Shown: in pieces, positions 38,840-48,432 of the stretch | How the letters are laid out: each line of letters starts with the position of its first letter | How positions within the stretch are numbered: position 1 is the stretch's first letter | From: a virus | Length of the DNA: 64,000 bases | Direction: 5' to 3' (one strand) | Virus record (IMG/VR): IMGVR_UViG_3300021197_001602 | Span: 15,636-79,635 of that record | The notes under the pieces: model-generated | What the model saw: the letters and a program-made list of their open reading frames with translations, nothing else | The model's database searches: none | What the model was told of the DNA's origin: nothing | Made by a program: the position numbers and the translations under genes

Positions 38840-40202
38840 AAAGCTAAATGAGAACTGGAGCCAGTGGGCTTCACAAGGTTACCCGTCTGGTCCGAGGGCA
38901 GACCTATACGATGCTATTCGTGACCACTCCTTGGAGAAGACGGGAAGCAGGGAGACTTATGGCAACTTTGACAAGCTCGACGCCATGAACGACGAAGAGC
39001 TAGAAAACTATGCCACAGAGCTAATGCCTCAGTTGCCTGGTGATGAAGGTCCATATGACGCAGAGGCTGAAGCCTCAGCTATGAGAGAGTCCGCAGGTGG
39101 AAAGCTTCAGTATTCTGTATCCAACACTGGCTATGGGGATGTGTATGAATTCTTCGATGAGAATGGCGAAGAGACAGAGCAGACTCTAGGAATGATGGTT
39201 CTCGACTTGGCTGATGCTGGAGTCGGAGGCTGGGCACCCGAAGAACAAATTGATAGAATGATGGCTGTCAACGCAGACCCAAGCAAAAATCAAGGTGGGA
39301 TGCAGAAGTGGGACAGCAGCGTCTTTGAAGATTACTATGGCGCAGACAACCAAAAGATTCTCCAAGCTTGGGCTAAGATGAGCGGCATGGAGCTTGAGCA
39401 AATGCCTGAAGCCGAAGATGAGTATGAAGACGACGGCACCAATGACTTTGAAGAATACTATAGCGAAAGCAAGAAGCGTAATAAAATTCACGAAGGGCGA
39501 TATCATTTCGCAAACGCCTTCGACCAACTTGACATTGGAGAAGACCCGAGAGCACAAGCGCTCGAACAGTGCATAAAGATTCTTAATGAATTAACCTATG
39601 ACTCTTTAGAAGGTGATGTCGCATCCTACGCAGATGATGCTGCTCGCCTGTTGTGGAAAGCAGCAGAAGAACTAGATTATAAAAGAAATCAAGTGGGCAA
39701 TGTTGAAGAATCAGTGGTCGGAGACATGAAGAGTAAGTTTCAAGATATGCTTACCCTCGGCGGCAAGAAAGGCAAGAGTAAGGGCGCTGGAAAGGGAAAG
39801 AAGATGGTAACGCCCGAACAAATTAAGAAGTGGTGGGGAAGCCTGCCAGCATCGGAGAAGCTGAAGATTTCTTCAAAGATGAAGCTTCCACGCAAAATAA
39901 AAGATTGGGGCGACCAAGAGTGGACTAACGCAGCAAGCTATTTGCTGGACAACCCTGTTGAAGAGGCACTCAGCCCAGAAGACGAAAGAGCCAGCGAGCA
40001 GGCTTATGCGATGGCTTTCGAGAAAGGTAGAAAGGGTATGGCAGTTGTTGATGTATGTAACGGCTTGACTGGTATCGGACACAAGGCTTGCTTGGCAGGA
40101 CATCAAGACGGCGCTAACGAGTTCAGGCAGTCGCTTGCAGAGCGTGTGCGTCAGACTGTGGTGCGAAAACTTACAGAAGCCAAAGGAGTCGAAAAGAAAT
40201 GA
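38820..40202 (+). CDS. Acidic multi-segment protein, putative internal virion protein
   Basis: N-terminal KKLNENWSQW; recurring ES/EE junctions. Confidence 0.55.
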   Translation: MKLKDFKKLNENWSQWASQGYPSGPRADLYDAIRDHSLEKTGSRETYGNFDKLDAMNDEELENYATELMPQLPGDEGPYDAEAEASAMRESAGGKLQYSVSNTGYGDVYEFFDENGEETEQTLGMMVLDLADAGVGGWAPEEQIDRMMAVNADPSKNQGGMQKWDSSVFEDYYGADNQKILQAWAKMSGMELEQMPEAEDEYEDDGTNDFEEYYSESKKRNKIHEGRYHFANAFDQLDIGEDPRAQALEQCIKILNELTYDSLEGDVASYADDAARLLWKAAEELDYKRNQVGNVEESVVGDMKSKFQDMLTLGGKKGKSKGAGKGKKMVTPEQIKKWWGSLPASEKLKISSKMKLPRKIKDWGDQEWTNAASYLLDNPVEEALSPEDERASEQAYAMAFEKGRKGMAVVDVCNGLTGIGHKACLAGHQDGANEFRQSLAERVRQTVVRKLTEAKGVEKK

Positions 40203-41641
40203 AAAACCTACTAACAGAGTGGCGGAAATATTTGAAAGAAGGGGAGGAGTCGGACTTTAAAGTACACACGATGTACAACCCTGAAACGGGAGAGTCCGAT
40301 GAGGCTCAGTCGGAAGACGAGCACAACTCTCTTGCAGAGAAGGGATATGTCCATGTAGACCCTGAAGCTATCAGGCAGACTCTTAAAGCCGAAGGCGGGG
40401 CAGCAGGACTCGAAGCTATAATGGGCGCTGTTGATGCAGAAGAAGAAGAGTTGCAAAAAGCTATGATGGCTATGCCAGATGTGGCACAGCATGAGAATGG
40501 TGATTATGTCATGTCTGATGAAGCCGAGGTGGAGGTCAAGAAGGAAGCTGCCGAGGTTAAAGATAAATACGACGATGAGGTTGAGCGCCGAAGCAAGAAG
40601 ACAATGAAGCAGGGCTTGGCTTTTATGAAGAGCGAAGAAAGGCTGCAAAGTTTTGTATCTTCGATTATTGACGAGGTAATGTCAGAGGGTGATGAGTGGT
40701 ATAGCGATGAACACGAGACGCTGGCTGACAAGAAGTTTGCAGACTCTCAGGCTTCAGCGCAAGAAGGGCAAGGCTTCCAAGTAGGTGAGTTCGTTAATGT
40801 TGTTGATGGCTCGCTTAAGGGTGCTACTGGCAAGGTTATTGAAATTACCACCACTACAACTGGCGAAGAAGGTTATGTTATTGAACTTTACTCCGATGCC
40901 AAGATGAAAGTCTTCGGGCAAAGAGGTGACGAAGTTATTGCTGTTGCGGGAGACTTAGAGTCAGGCGGCACAACCGACGGCATGGAACTCTACGACATTG
41001 ACGAAGCCAAGAACGAAGACGGCAAGGAACAGGGCGTTGATGGCAAGGCTTGCTGGAAAGGCAAGAAGTATGCTGGTTCTGAAGATACAGACGGCGACGG
41101 AAAGGCAGACAAAGACAAGTGCGTTCCAATGGAAGAAGCTGAGTTGGCTGAGCGAGGCTCGCCACTTGAGAGTGGTCTCCAAACCGCAGTCCAAGATTTT
41201 ATTATAGAGCAGATGCAAAAAATGGGCTTGAATGCTGGCGACCCAACAGACCGAGATAGAATTAAAAATCAAGTCATGTCAATTGTCAGCACCGCTATTT
41301 CAGCCATTGGCTTGGACGAATCAAAGAAGGTGGACGACAACCTCCAAGAGAATGTTGCAACTTTCATCGATGACTTCTTTATTAAAGAGGAGACTGACAA
41401 GGAGCGCATGAAGTGCAACAGCCCTCGTTACATTAAGAAGGGCGAGCCTGGATACGGCAAGAAGCAAAAGGTTGTTAAGGCTTGCAAGGACGGCAAAGAA
41501 AAGATTATCCGCTTTGGTGATGCTAATATGGAAAATAAGAGCGACAGCAAGGATAACAAGTCAAACTTTAGAAGTAGGCACAATTGCGATGAGAAGACGG
41601 ATAAGTTCTCAGCAGGATACTGGTCTTGTAAAGATTGGTAG
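40199..41641 (+). CDS. Tagged multi-domain protein (KOW-like segment; C-terminal RFGD...FRSRHNC...GYWSC domain)
   Basis: MKNLLTEWRKYLKE; FQVGEFVNVVDGSLKGATGKV; ACWKG...KCVP. Confidence 0.6.
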   Translation: MKNLLTEWRKYLKEGEESDFKVHTMYNPETGESDEAQSEDEHNSLAEKGYVHVDPEAIRQTLKAEGGAAGLEAIMGAVDAEEEELQKAMMAMPDVAQHENGDYVMSDEAEVEVKKEAAEVKDKYDDEVERRSKKTMKQGLAFMKSEERLQSFVSSIIDEVMSEGDEWYSDEHETLADKKFADSQASAQEGQGFQVGEFVNVVDGSLKGATGKVIEITTTTTGEEGYVIELYSDAKMKVFGQRGDEVIAVAGDLESGGTTDGMELYDIDEAKNEDGKEQGVDGKACWKGKKYAGSEDTDGDGKADKDKCVPMEEAELAERGSPLESGLQTAVQDFIIEQMQKMGLNAGDPTDRDRIKNQVMSIVSTAISAIGLDESKKVDDNLQENVATFIDDFFIKEETDKERMKCNSPRYIKKGEPGYGKKQKVVKACKDGKEKIIRFGDANMENKSDSKDNKSNFRSRHNCDEKTDKFSAGYWSCKDW

Positions 41642-41648
41642 GGGGTAG

Positions 41649-41879
41649 TTGATGTTTCTTATAAAGCACTTGAGAGAAAATAACGAAACCTATTTTAGCC
41701 ACTTGAAGTTCGCAGGAAGGGTGGGACTTTATCTTTCCTTGGCTTCAATTTGTTATTCGGTTCATGCAATCTTGCCGTTCATCCCAATCCCAGCCCGTTT
41801 TAGTTTTGAGACTGTGGTTAACAAGTGCATTGCTTGGCACAATTATACTGTATTAAGAATGGACACAGACGAACAATGA
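41649..41879 (+). CDS. Small membrane protein (DUF6356-like)
   Basis: KHLRENNETYFSHLKFA...HAILPF. Confidence 0.55.
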   Translation: MMFLIKHLRENNETYFSHLKFAGRVGLYLSLASICYSVHAILPFIPIPARFSFETVVNKCIAWHNYTVLRMDTDEQ

Positions 41880-42544
41880 AAAAACTACTAACAGAATGGC
41901 GGAAGTTCTTAGCCGAGGGCACCGACCCACGAATCCAGAAACAAATTAACATGCTGCTTGCTCTTCCAAAGGGTATCGGCATCGTTGGTGATTCTGAAGA
42001 TTCCTTTGGCATGTCATTTAAGTATGCTGAGTTTCACGAGAATGGTTACGATACTCTTGGCGATGATGGCAATGACGAAGGCATCCCCCATGGCTCTGTG
42101 GACATCATGGAGACGGAATCAGATGCAGAAGGTCCATGCTTCGGCGGCTTTACGGTCATCGGAAGCAGCGCAGCCAAGGGTTGGGGTCCACTTCTTTATG
42201 AGGTTGCAATTGAATGGGCTTCGCAAGAAGGCGGCGGACTGACAGCAGATAGATTCTCAGTGTCGGACAACGCTCAGGCTGTTTGGGATAAATATGGAAA
42301 GAGAGGGGATGTAAAGGGCAATCAAATGGATGTGAGCCACAACCCCGAAGGGGCTGGAGCAAGGTTGAACAAAACAGTTCCCCAGCTTACACCAGATGAC
42401 GAGTCTGACGACTGTGACCAAGCCCGAGCTATATCAAAGCATGGACCCGACTGGCATAAAGACCCGACAACAAGAATGTATAAGAAAGATAACGCAGAGG
42501 TGATGCAAGCCCTCAAGGCAGCAGGGAGGCTGTTCATAGCATGA
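41876..42544 (+). CDS. Tagged GNAT-like protein
   Basis: MKKLLTEWRKFLAE; AKGWGPLLYE...SVSDNAQAVW. Confidence 0.55.
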   Translation: MKKLLTEWRKFLAEGTDPRIQKQINMLLALPKGIGIVGDSEDSFGMSFKYAEFHENGYDTLGDDGNDEGIPHGSVDIMETESDAEGPCFGGFTVIGSSAAKGWGPLLYEVAIEWASQEGGGLTADRFSVSDNAQAVWDKYGKRGDVKGNQMDVSHNPEGAGARLNKTVPQLTPDDESDDCDQARAISKHGPDWHKDPTTRMYKKDNAEVMQALKAAGRLFIA

Positions 42545-43170
42545 AATACTTAATGGAAAATTGGAGAAGATATTTGAAAGAGGGCGACACAATTGCCCTT
42601 GGTAAGTGCTATCCGTTTGCCAATAGAATGGCAATGAAGTGGTCAGATGACAATATTGACAAAACAAAGCCTCCTGGTAAGGGCGTCCACCCAGATATTG
42701 ATAATAAAGATAAGTTTAAGGTTGTGCACGGTCGCATAACCGACAAGTTCAGTGGAGAAAGCGTAGACCATGCTTGGGTCGAGATGGGCGATTTGGTTTT
42801 CGACGACCAAACACAACACACAAAGCCAGATGGAATCCCGAAAGCCACCTATTACGATTTGTATCAGCCAGAAGTACAGGCAGAGTACACAGCCGAAGAG
42901 TCTATGATTAATTGCGTGAAGTCTGGGCACGAAGGTCCGTGGAATGAAGACCTTCAGTTGCAAGAAGCAATCACTCTTGACATTGAAGTTGGAGATATTG
43001 TTCTCGGTGGTAAATATAAAAATAAAAGAATTGAAGTAAAAGAGATTGGCACCGATGAGATTGGTCAGCCGACCATCAACGGCAAGTCTCTTTTAAAGTT
43101 TAGAATTGAAAAGCATCTTCCCGATGAAAAGAAGTCGAAGAAGACGCTTGATGCAGAAAAAGATAAATAA
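42541..43170 (+). CDS. Tagged protein with transglutaminase/papain-like Cys-His-Asp motif
   Basis: MKYLMENWRRYLKE; GKCY...VVHG...HAWVE...VFD. Confidence 0.5.
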   Translation: MKYLMENWRRYLKEGDTIALGKCYPFANRMAMKWSDDNIDKTKPPGKGVHPDIDNKDKFKVVHGRITDKFSGESVDHAWVEMGDLVFDDQTQHTKPDGIPKATYYDLYQPEVQAEYTAEESMINCVKSGHEGPWNEDLQLQEAITLDIEVGDIVLGGKYKNKRIEVKEIGTDEIGQPTINGKSLLKFRIEKHLPDEKKSKKTLDAEKDK

Positions 43171-43184
43171 GGGAGGATTTTATC

Positions 43185-43280
43185 ATGAAAAAGTTTTTAC
43201 ACAAGCTCGCTACACTGTTTGATACCAAACACTGTTGTTGTTGCTGTGGCTGCTGTTCTTGCGAATCAGGCTGCTGCTAA
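43185..43280 (+). CDS. 31-aa Cys-rich micropeptide (not in ORF track)
   Basis: RBS GGGAGG; MKKFLHKLATLFDTKHCCCCCGCCSCESGCC; stop abuts next ATG. Confidence 0.7.
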   Translation: MKKFLHKLATLFDTKHCCCCCGCCSCESGCC

Positions 43281-43535
43281 ATGAAATTGATAATGGAAAA
43301 GTGGAGACGGTACACCACCCAAGATGGTGACCGTACTCTCACTCATTTGGTTGTTGAAGATGACGACACTGAAGAGGATGTTGAGGAGGGTCGTGATTTT
43401 CAAAAAGATTCTTCTTACATCAAAGACCATGAGGGCAACAAAGAAGAATTAATTGGTGATGGGGGGCAGGACAATACTGAACCTTATGACAAGGAACCAA
43501 TTAAAAAACGCAGTAAGAGTGCTCCACCCGCCTAG
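43281..43535 (+). CDS. Tagged small acidic protein
   Basis: MKLIMEKWRRY; ends RSKSAPPA. Confidence 0.6.
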   Translation: MKLIMEKWRRYTTQDGDRTLTHLVVEDDDTEEDVEEGRDFQKDSSYIKDHEGNKEELIGDGGQDNTEPYDKEPIKKRSKSAPPA

Positions 43536-43542
43536 TTAATAC

Positions 43543-43728
43543 ATGGAGTCAGAAAGAAAGCAGAAGCCTTATCCATATAAGGCTGTCGAGTTTACGACAG
43601 AAGAGCTTGAGAAGATGAAAAGTATGGCGTCTTTGCGTGAGTACAATGTCTTTCATGATTGCAATCATATAATCTATTCTCTGACTGTCCAGTTGATTAA
43701 AGAAAGGGCGGCAAATGAAAAACCTTAG
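43543..43728 (+). CDS. Hypothetical protein
   Basis: Packed ORF. Confidence 0.45.
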   Translation: MESERKQKPYPYKAVEFTTEELEKMKSMASLREYNVFHDCNHIIYSLTVQLIKERAANEKP

Positions 43729-43897
43729 AAAGACATTGAAGATGGTGTTGCTCATGGCAACTGGCGTGAATCTTGCACTGTTCTCGTTTGGGCTTTCTCT
43801 TGGTTCTTCAGACATGTACTTGTTGGCTATTGCCTCGGCTGTGTTTTGCTTCACTGGGTATGTGAGTCTCTCTCTTGACGAAAGCGACGAAAGGTAA
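43715..43897 (+). CDS. Small two-TM membrane protein
   Basis: Two hydrophobic helices. Confidence 0.5.
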   Translation: MKNLRKTLKMVLLMATGVNLALFSFGLSLGSSDMYLLAIASAVFCFTGYVSLSLDESDER

Positions 43898-43905
43898 CAA
43901 ATCTC

Positions 43906-44148
43906 ATGGCGTGGGATATTCTATTGACATTCACCTTGGCATGTGTTATTTATATTCAATATGTTACAATAAAAAGCCACAAAAGAAACATCTTCATTCT
44001 TGCTAAAAAGATTAGAGAAAACTCTGCAACCCCGCAACAGGACATTAAAAATTGGCAACCGAAGATTATTGAAGGTGAGCTTGATATGTTCCACAATGGG
44101 AAACGAGCCTCTATCAAAGCAGTCTTTTATCCAAAAAAAGTAATTTAA
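43906..44148 (+). CDS. Small membrane-anchored protein
   Basis: N-terminal TM. Confidence 0.45.
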   Translation: MAWDILLTFTLACVIYIQYVTIKSHKRNIFILAKKIRENSATPQQDIKNWQPKIIEGELDMFHNGKRASIKAVFYPKKVI

Positions 44149-44183
44149 ACCTAATAAATCACGATTTTGACCACTACCTATTA

Positions 44184-46541
44184 ATGGAGGTGGGAAATGT
44201 GATAAAATCTTTGTTTTTGCCGTTGATGCTCTTATTGGCTTCCTGTAGTTGCGGCGAAGACTTCCGCCTAATTAAATCCTGTTCTTGGAAAACCGATAAA
44301 AACATTGGCTGCGTTGGCAACGACACATCCTACGATGAGGTCGTTGGCGAGGCTCGCCTTGATGCGAATCTTGGCTCTTGTGAGGCTGGTACTCTTTCAT
44401 GCAGAAGAAACTCCGAGACAATGGAGAGCTTCTGTGAGAGGAATCGTTACGAAGAAGAAGAGCAGTGCTACAATGAGTGGACGAACCGCTCGCAGTACGA
44501 CACCGTTTGTGTTGGCTATGTCGGACCCAGCACTGAGTCGTGTCATGATGACATCGACAACGACTGCGATGGCGCAGTGAACGAAGGGTTTGATGCTGAC
44601 TTCGACGGCTTCATGAGTGCCCACATGACCTCACCGCTCAACGGAGAACTCAAAGCATGTGGTGCAGACTGTGATGACAGCGACCAAAGTATAAATCCCG
44701 CAGCAGCAGAGGTCTGCGACGGCATAGATAATAATTGCAATACCTCTGTGGACGAAGGGTTAGATACGCCTCACGGTTCTTGCGAGCCAGACTTCCCAGA
44801 CAATATTAACCCAGCGCTTCTCCACTATGGCGCACCTTCACAGTGCCGCTATGAGCCAGGGACTATAGTATGTTCTGGTGGCGGACTTGTCTGCCAAGGA
44901 GCAGTATTCGTGGGACCAACCCCAGAGATGTGCAATGGGCTCGACGATGACTGCGATGGCGAGGTAGACTATACGCTTGGTATGGATGACGGTATAGAAA
45001 ACGAAGGGTCGAACTGTGGTACAAATGTTGGGATATGCGAGTACGGCACGACCAGTTGTATGTCTCAGGATATGCAATGCATCGGTGGTGTAAATCCAAT
45101 TACTGTGATGCCAGATTCTTGTGATGGATTAGATACAGACTGTGATGGGCAGACAGATGAAGACGCAGAGCCCAGAGTTTGCTCAAACGGTTGCCCGTCC
45201 GCTGGTGTGCAATATTGCGATAGCGGAGACTGGACTGTTTGTGATGCCCCTTCTCCAGGCGATGAGGCAACAGACCCGTGCAATGATATCGATGATGACT
45301 GTGATGGGGCAGTTGATGAGGGGCAAGAGTGTCAGTGCGACCCATCGGAAGTTGGACCAAACGCACCTGATTGCAGCGCTGGTGAAATGGCTGAATCGGG
45401 TTTGAGTTGCGGCACAGCCAAAAAAAATTGCATCTGTGAAAACGGAGATTGTCAATATGGACCTTGCTACCTTACTTGCGACCCGTGGGTAAACGGTGCA
45501 CCTGTTGATGTTTTGTGGGGAGCTTGTCCAGCCGAACAGTGCGATGGGTGGGACTGGAACTGTTACGGAGACAACAGGGATGGAATGGTGGATGTTCCTT
45601 GCGAGTGCAGCTTAAACTCCCCAGTAGACCAGATTCGTGCAGCAGCCGCTCAGGGTAACGGAGATTGCGAAATAGGTCAGTGCACAGCGGGCTCTCAGTC
45701 ATGCGAGTTTGATAATATAACGCAGACTTGGAACATGTCCCCGCTGGATTGCGGTGCCGTCGGACCCTCAGAAGAAGTTTGTGACGAGATAGACAACGAC
45801 TGTGATACGGAAGTGGATGAGAACTTGCAAAGCTTCGAGCGTGTTGATATGGTATTTATAATTGATATTACAGGGTCCATGGGTCAGGAAATAGAAAACA
45901 TACGAAACGCTATCAGTGCCTACGCAGCCGACTTCGCACAGACGGAACACAGGTTTTCGCTGGTGGTCTTCCCAGCCCCATATGATGGTGACCCAAACAC
46001 TTGGCAGAGTCTGGGCAGCCCAGCAACTCAGTGTGGTGCAGGGAACATAGGAAACCCAATCAATCCGCCCTATTTACCGTCAGCAATGCCCTATTGGAAG
46101 ATGACACCCTTGGTCGAAGTGGGTCAGTTCTTGCAGGCTCTTGACGATGTTCTTAATATAGGTGGCTTGGTCTGCTCAGAGGAGCCCTCCTACGATGTTA
46201 TTGATGATGTCTCCTCGCCATCTGATATAGCAAACATAGGCTGGAGAGAAGATGCTTACCCTTATATATTCTTTATCGGAGACGAAGACGCTCAAACCTG
46301 GAGGGGGCTTACTGAGAATGCTCTCGGGCAAAGAACGCAGACTTGTGATGGCATCGGTATGTGCCCTTGCGGACCACCCGACTGCGACCCAGGATACAAT
46401 CTGCTGGAGTTGCATTGCTTTGTCGGCAATGTAGACGCTCACGATTACGACGGCGTTTGTATGTCAACGAACAATATAAATAATATCAGTGCCCCACTTC
46501 TTCGAAATATATTTGCGGATGTCTGCCTGCCCACAGATTAA
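44184..46541 (+). CDS. Cys-rich lipoprotein with MopE-like metal-binding repeats and C-terminal vWA domain
   Basis: LLLASC lipobox; about six ExC(D/N)xxD(N/D)DCDGxxDE-type repeats; VDMVFIIDITGSM MIDAS. Confidence 0.8.
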   Translation: MEVGNVIKSLFLPLMLLLASCSCGEDFRLIKSCSWKTDKNIGCVGNDTSYDEVVGEARLDANLGSCEAGTLSCRRNSETMESFCERNRYEEEEQCYNEWTNRSQYDTVCVGYVGPSTESCHDDIDNDCDGAVNEGFDADFDGFMSAHMTSPLNGELKACGADCDDSDQSINPAAAEVCDGIDNNCNTSVDEGLDTPHGSCEPDFPDNINPALLHYGAPSQCRYEPGTIVCSGGGLVCQGAVFVGPTPEMCNGLDDDCDGEVDYTLGMDDGIENEGSNCGTNVGICEYGTTSCMSQDMQCIGGVNPITVMPDSCDGLDTDCDGQTDEDAEPRVCSNGCPSAGVQYCDSGDWTVCDAPSPGDEATDPCNDIDDDCDGAVDEGQECQCDPSEVGPNAPDCSAGEMAESGLSCGTAKKNCICENGDCQYGPCYLTCDPWVNGAPVDVLWGACPAEQCDGWDWNCYGDNRDGMVDVPCECSLNSPVDQIRAAAAQGNGDCEIGQCTAGSQSCEFDNITQTWNMSPLDCGAVGPSEEVCDEIDNDCDTEVDENLQSFERVDMVFIIDITGSMGQEIENIRNAISAYAADFAQTEHRFSLVVFPAPYDGDPNTWQSLGSPATQCGAGNIGNPINPPYLPSAMPYWKMTPLVEVGQFLQALDDVLNIGGLVCSEEPSYDVIDDVSSPSDIANIGWREDAYPYIFFIGDEDAQTWRGLTENALGQRTQTCDGIGMCPCGPPDCDPGYNLLELHCFVGNVDAHDYDGVCMSTNNINNISAPLLRNIFADVCLPTD

Positions 46542-46685
46542 TTAAGTTAACAAAACTACTTACAGTATGATAAGATGTTCTAGTTATGTTATTGACAACT
46601 GGAACTTCTCGTTGTCTTAATAAAATCGGTAGCTTGAGACTACCGTGGAGACTTTAGACGAACATTAGGTGCTTGGAGTTTAGAT

Positions 46686-46883
46686 ATGTGTATCATATGT
46701 GTAGAGCTTGAAAAGAACAGGCTTACTTTATTAGAAGCAAGAAGAAACTATGGGGAGATGGTCGACTCTATCGACGAAAGCCATCGAGAAGAATTAGAGA
46801 AAAAGTTATACCCAGATACTATTTATGATGAAGAGTATTATGAATACTTTAATTTTATCAAAGGAACGAGCGGGTCAGATTGA
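46686..46883 (+). CDS. Hypothetical protein
   Basis: MCIIC...; RBS GGAG. Confidence 0.55.
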   Translation: MCIICVELEKNRLTLLEARRNYGEMVDSIDESHREELEKKLYPDTIYDEEYYEYFNFIKGTSGSD

Positions 46884-46885
46884 TT

Positions 46886-47452
46886 ATGAAAAAACTATTA
46901 ACAGAATGGCGTAAGTATTTAAAAGAAGAGGGAGAGGCTCCAGCAGAACAAGCTACAGCTTATTTTGATGGTGGCATCTATCATGGAGTTTCCCAAGCAA
47001 ACTTGGATGGTCTTCGTGACCAGGGCATCGGCAACATGCCGAGCGAAATGGATATCGAGGAAGAGAAGGCAGGTGTGCCTTGTTCGCTCAAACCTCAAGA
47101 AGCCCGCAAGCATGGAGATGTAGTTCTTGAGCTTGACATGGAATCGATAGAGGGCTCTGGGCAATATATGATTTCCCCAGACAAAGAGAACGACCACGGA
47201 ACCCGAATTACGATGGTGGACTCAGCCTACGATTCAGGTCACGGTGTTCACGATATGGTAGATAGCTTGGGCACGAATATTCCGTTCAGCTTTGTCAAGC
47301 GAGTTATATTCCCCCAAGGTTCAATTCCAGATGTTCAAGGCATGAGAGAGGGCGGCTTCAGTGGTGTAGAGATTGCAAGCTTTGCGGAGGACGAATCACA
47401 GGGTCTTGTCCGTCATTGGACCCCAGGAGATGAGTTGGGCGAAAGCCGCTAA
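46886..47452 (+). CDS. Tagged protein, possible ADP-ribosyltransferase-like fold
   Basis: MKKLLTEWRKYLKE; IYHGVSQANLDGLRDQGI...GDVVLELD. Confidence 0.45.
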   Translation: MKKLLTEWRKYLKEEGEAPAEQATAYFDGGIYHGVSQANLDGLRDQGIGNMPSEMDIEEEKAGVPCSLKPQEARKHGDVVLELDMESIEGSGQYMISPDKENDHGTRITMVDSAYDSGHGVHDMVDSLGTNIPFSFVKRVIFPQGSIPDVQGMREGGFSGVEIASFAEDESQGLVRHWTPGDELGESR

Positions 47453-47469
47453 ATCACGGGAGCGGAAAG

Positions 47470-47814
47470 GTGTTAATAACTCGCCACGAAAACGATATCG
47501 CTATTGGCGACCTAGTGAAGCTCAAGGATGATGAAGATACCGCAGTGGGTTTTGGAATCGTCCTTGATGTGAGGACCGACACTTATGATATGGCGGTAGC
47601 ACTGATACAGAATTTTAATGACTATATGTCTGCCGTCGATGAGGGCTTCGAACCAGAGGAAATAACGGATGCAGAGAGAGAACTGCTTCAAACACCAGTA
47701 TATCTCATCCTTTGGCACTCCACGGATGGGCACACATTTAGTTCACGACCGATATGGATGTACCACTCAGAAATAACAGTTATTAGCAAGGCAATAAGAA
47801 AACTCACTGACTAA
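47470..47814 (+). CDS. SH3/KOW-like protein (GDLV family)
   Basis: IAIGDLVKL...GIVLDV...LILW...SEITVIS. Confidence 0.6.
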   Translation: MLITRHENDIAIGDLVKLKDDEDTAVGFGIVLDVRTDTYDMAVALIQNFNDYMSAVDEGFEPEEITDAERELLQTPVYLILWHSTDGHTFSSRPIWMYHSEITVISKAIRKLTD

Positions 47815-47849
47815 GTATTGTATAAAATGACCAAGGAGTCACACAAAAA

Positions 47850-48098
47850 ATGAATAAATTAAATATCCTCCTCGCAGCGCTTCTGATGGCACCTGCCGTT
47901 GCTTCCGCAGATGATGAGACGCAGAAGCCAGAGATTACAATCAAGTTCCCAATTGTTGAGAAGCAATTCCCCGACCTTCAGAGAACCGTCAAGACGCCCA
48001 CTGTCGTTTGGGCTCCAAGGCAAGAAGATGGAGAGCGAAAAACACATATCATCTCGCCCCTCTTCTATTACCAAGAAAATAAAGAAAAAACTAAATAA
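47850..48098 (+). CDS. Small secreted protein
   Basis: Signal peptide ending ASA; RBS AAGGAG. Confidence 0.55.
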   Translation: MNKLNILLAALLMAPAVASADDETQKPEITIKFPIVEKQFPDLQRTVKTPTVVWAPRQEDGERKTHIISPLFYYQENKEKTK

Positions 48099-48102
48099 AC
48101 AC

Positions 48103-48131
48103 TTGACATGACCCACCCTATATGTTATAAA
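48103..48131 (+). promoter_or_regulatory. sigma70-type promoter
   Basis: TTGACA-17-TATAAA with TG extension. Confidence 0.7.
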
Positions 48132-48147
48132 TTACATGTAGCATTGG

Positions 48148-48363
48148 TTGTCAACAAGGAGTTTATTGATGAGAGACGCACTAATCGAAAAGATGTACGG
48201 TTTCCGACCTTCTGAGTATATTCAGAAAGGCTTATGCGTACCTGCGCCCACAGGCTGTGGTCAGCCAGCCTCGCCTTTTGTCCAGCAGTCAGATGAGGTG
48301 GAGTATAAAATATCGGGGCTGTGCTCCGAGTGTCAAAAGAAATATTTTAAAGAAACTTCATAA
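48148..48363 (+). CDS. Small Zn-binding protein
   Basis: CVPAPTGC...EYKISGLCSECQ. Confidence 0.55.
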   Translation: MSTRSLLMRDALIEKMYGFRPSEYIQKGLCVPAPTGCGQPASPFVQQSDEVEYKISGLCSECQKKYFKETS

Positions 48364-48369
48364 AAAGGC

Positions 48370-48398
48370 TTGACTTTCGTATAATCCTATGGTATTAT
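48370..48398 (+). promoter_or_regulatory. sigma70-type promoter
   Basis: TTGACT-17-TATTAT with TG extension. Confidence 0.7.
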
Positions 48399-48432
48399 AT
48401 GTATGTAATTGAGAGAGACAAAGGAGATAATT

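Noticed and set aside
43185-43280. RiPP (streptolysin-like) biosynthetic cluster
   Set aside because: No YcaO, dehydrogenase or transporter genes nearby
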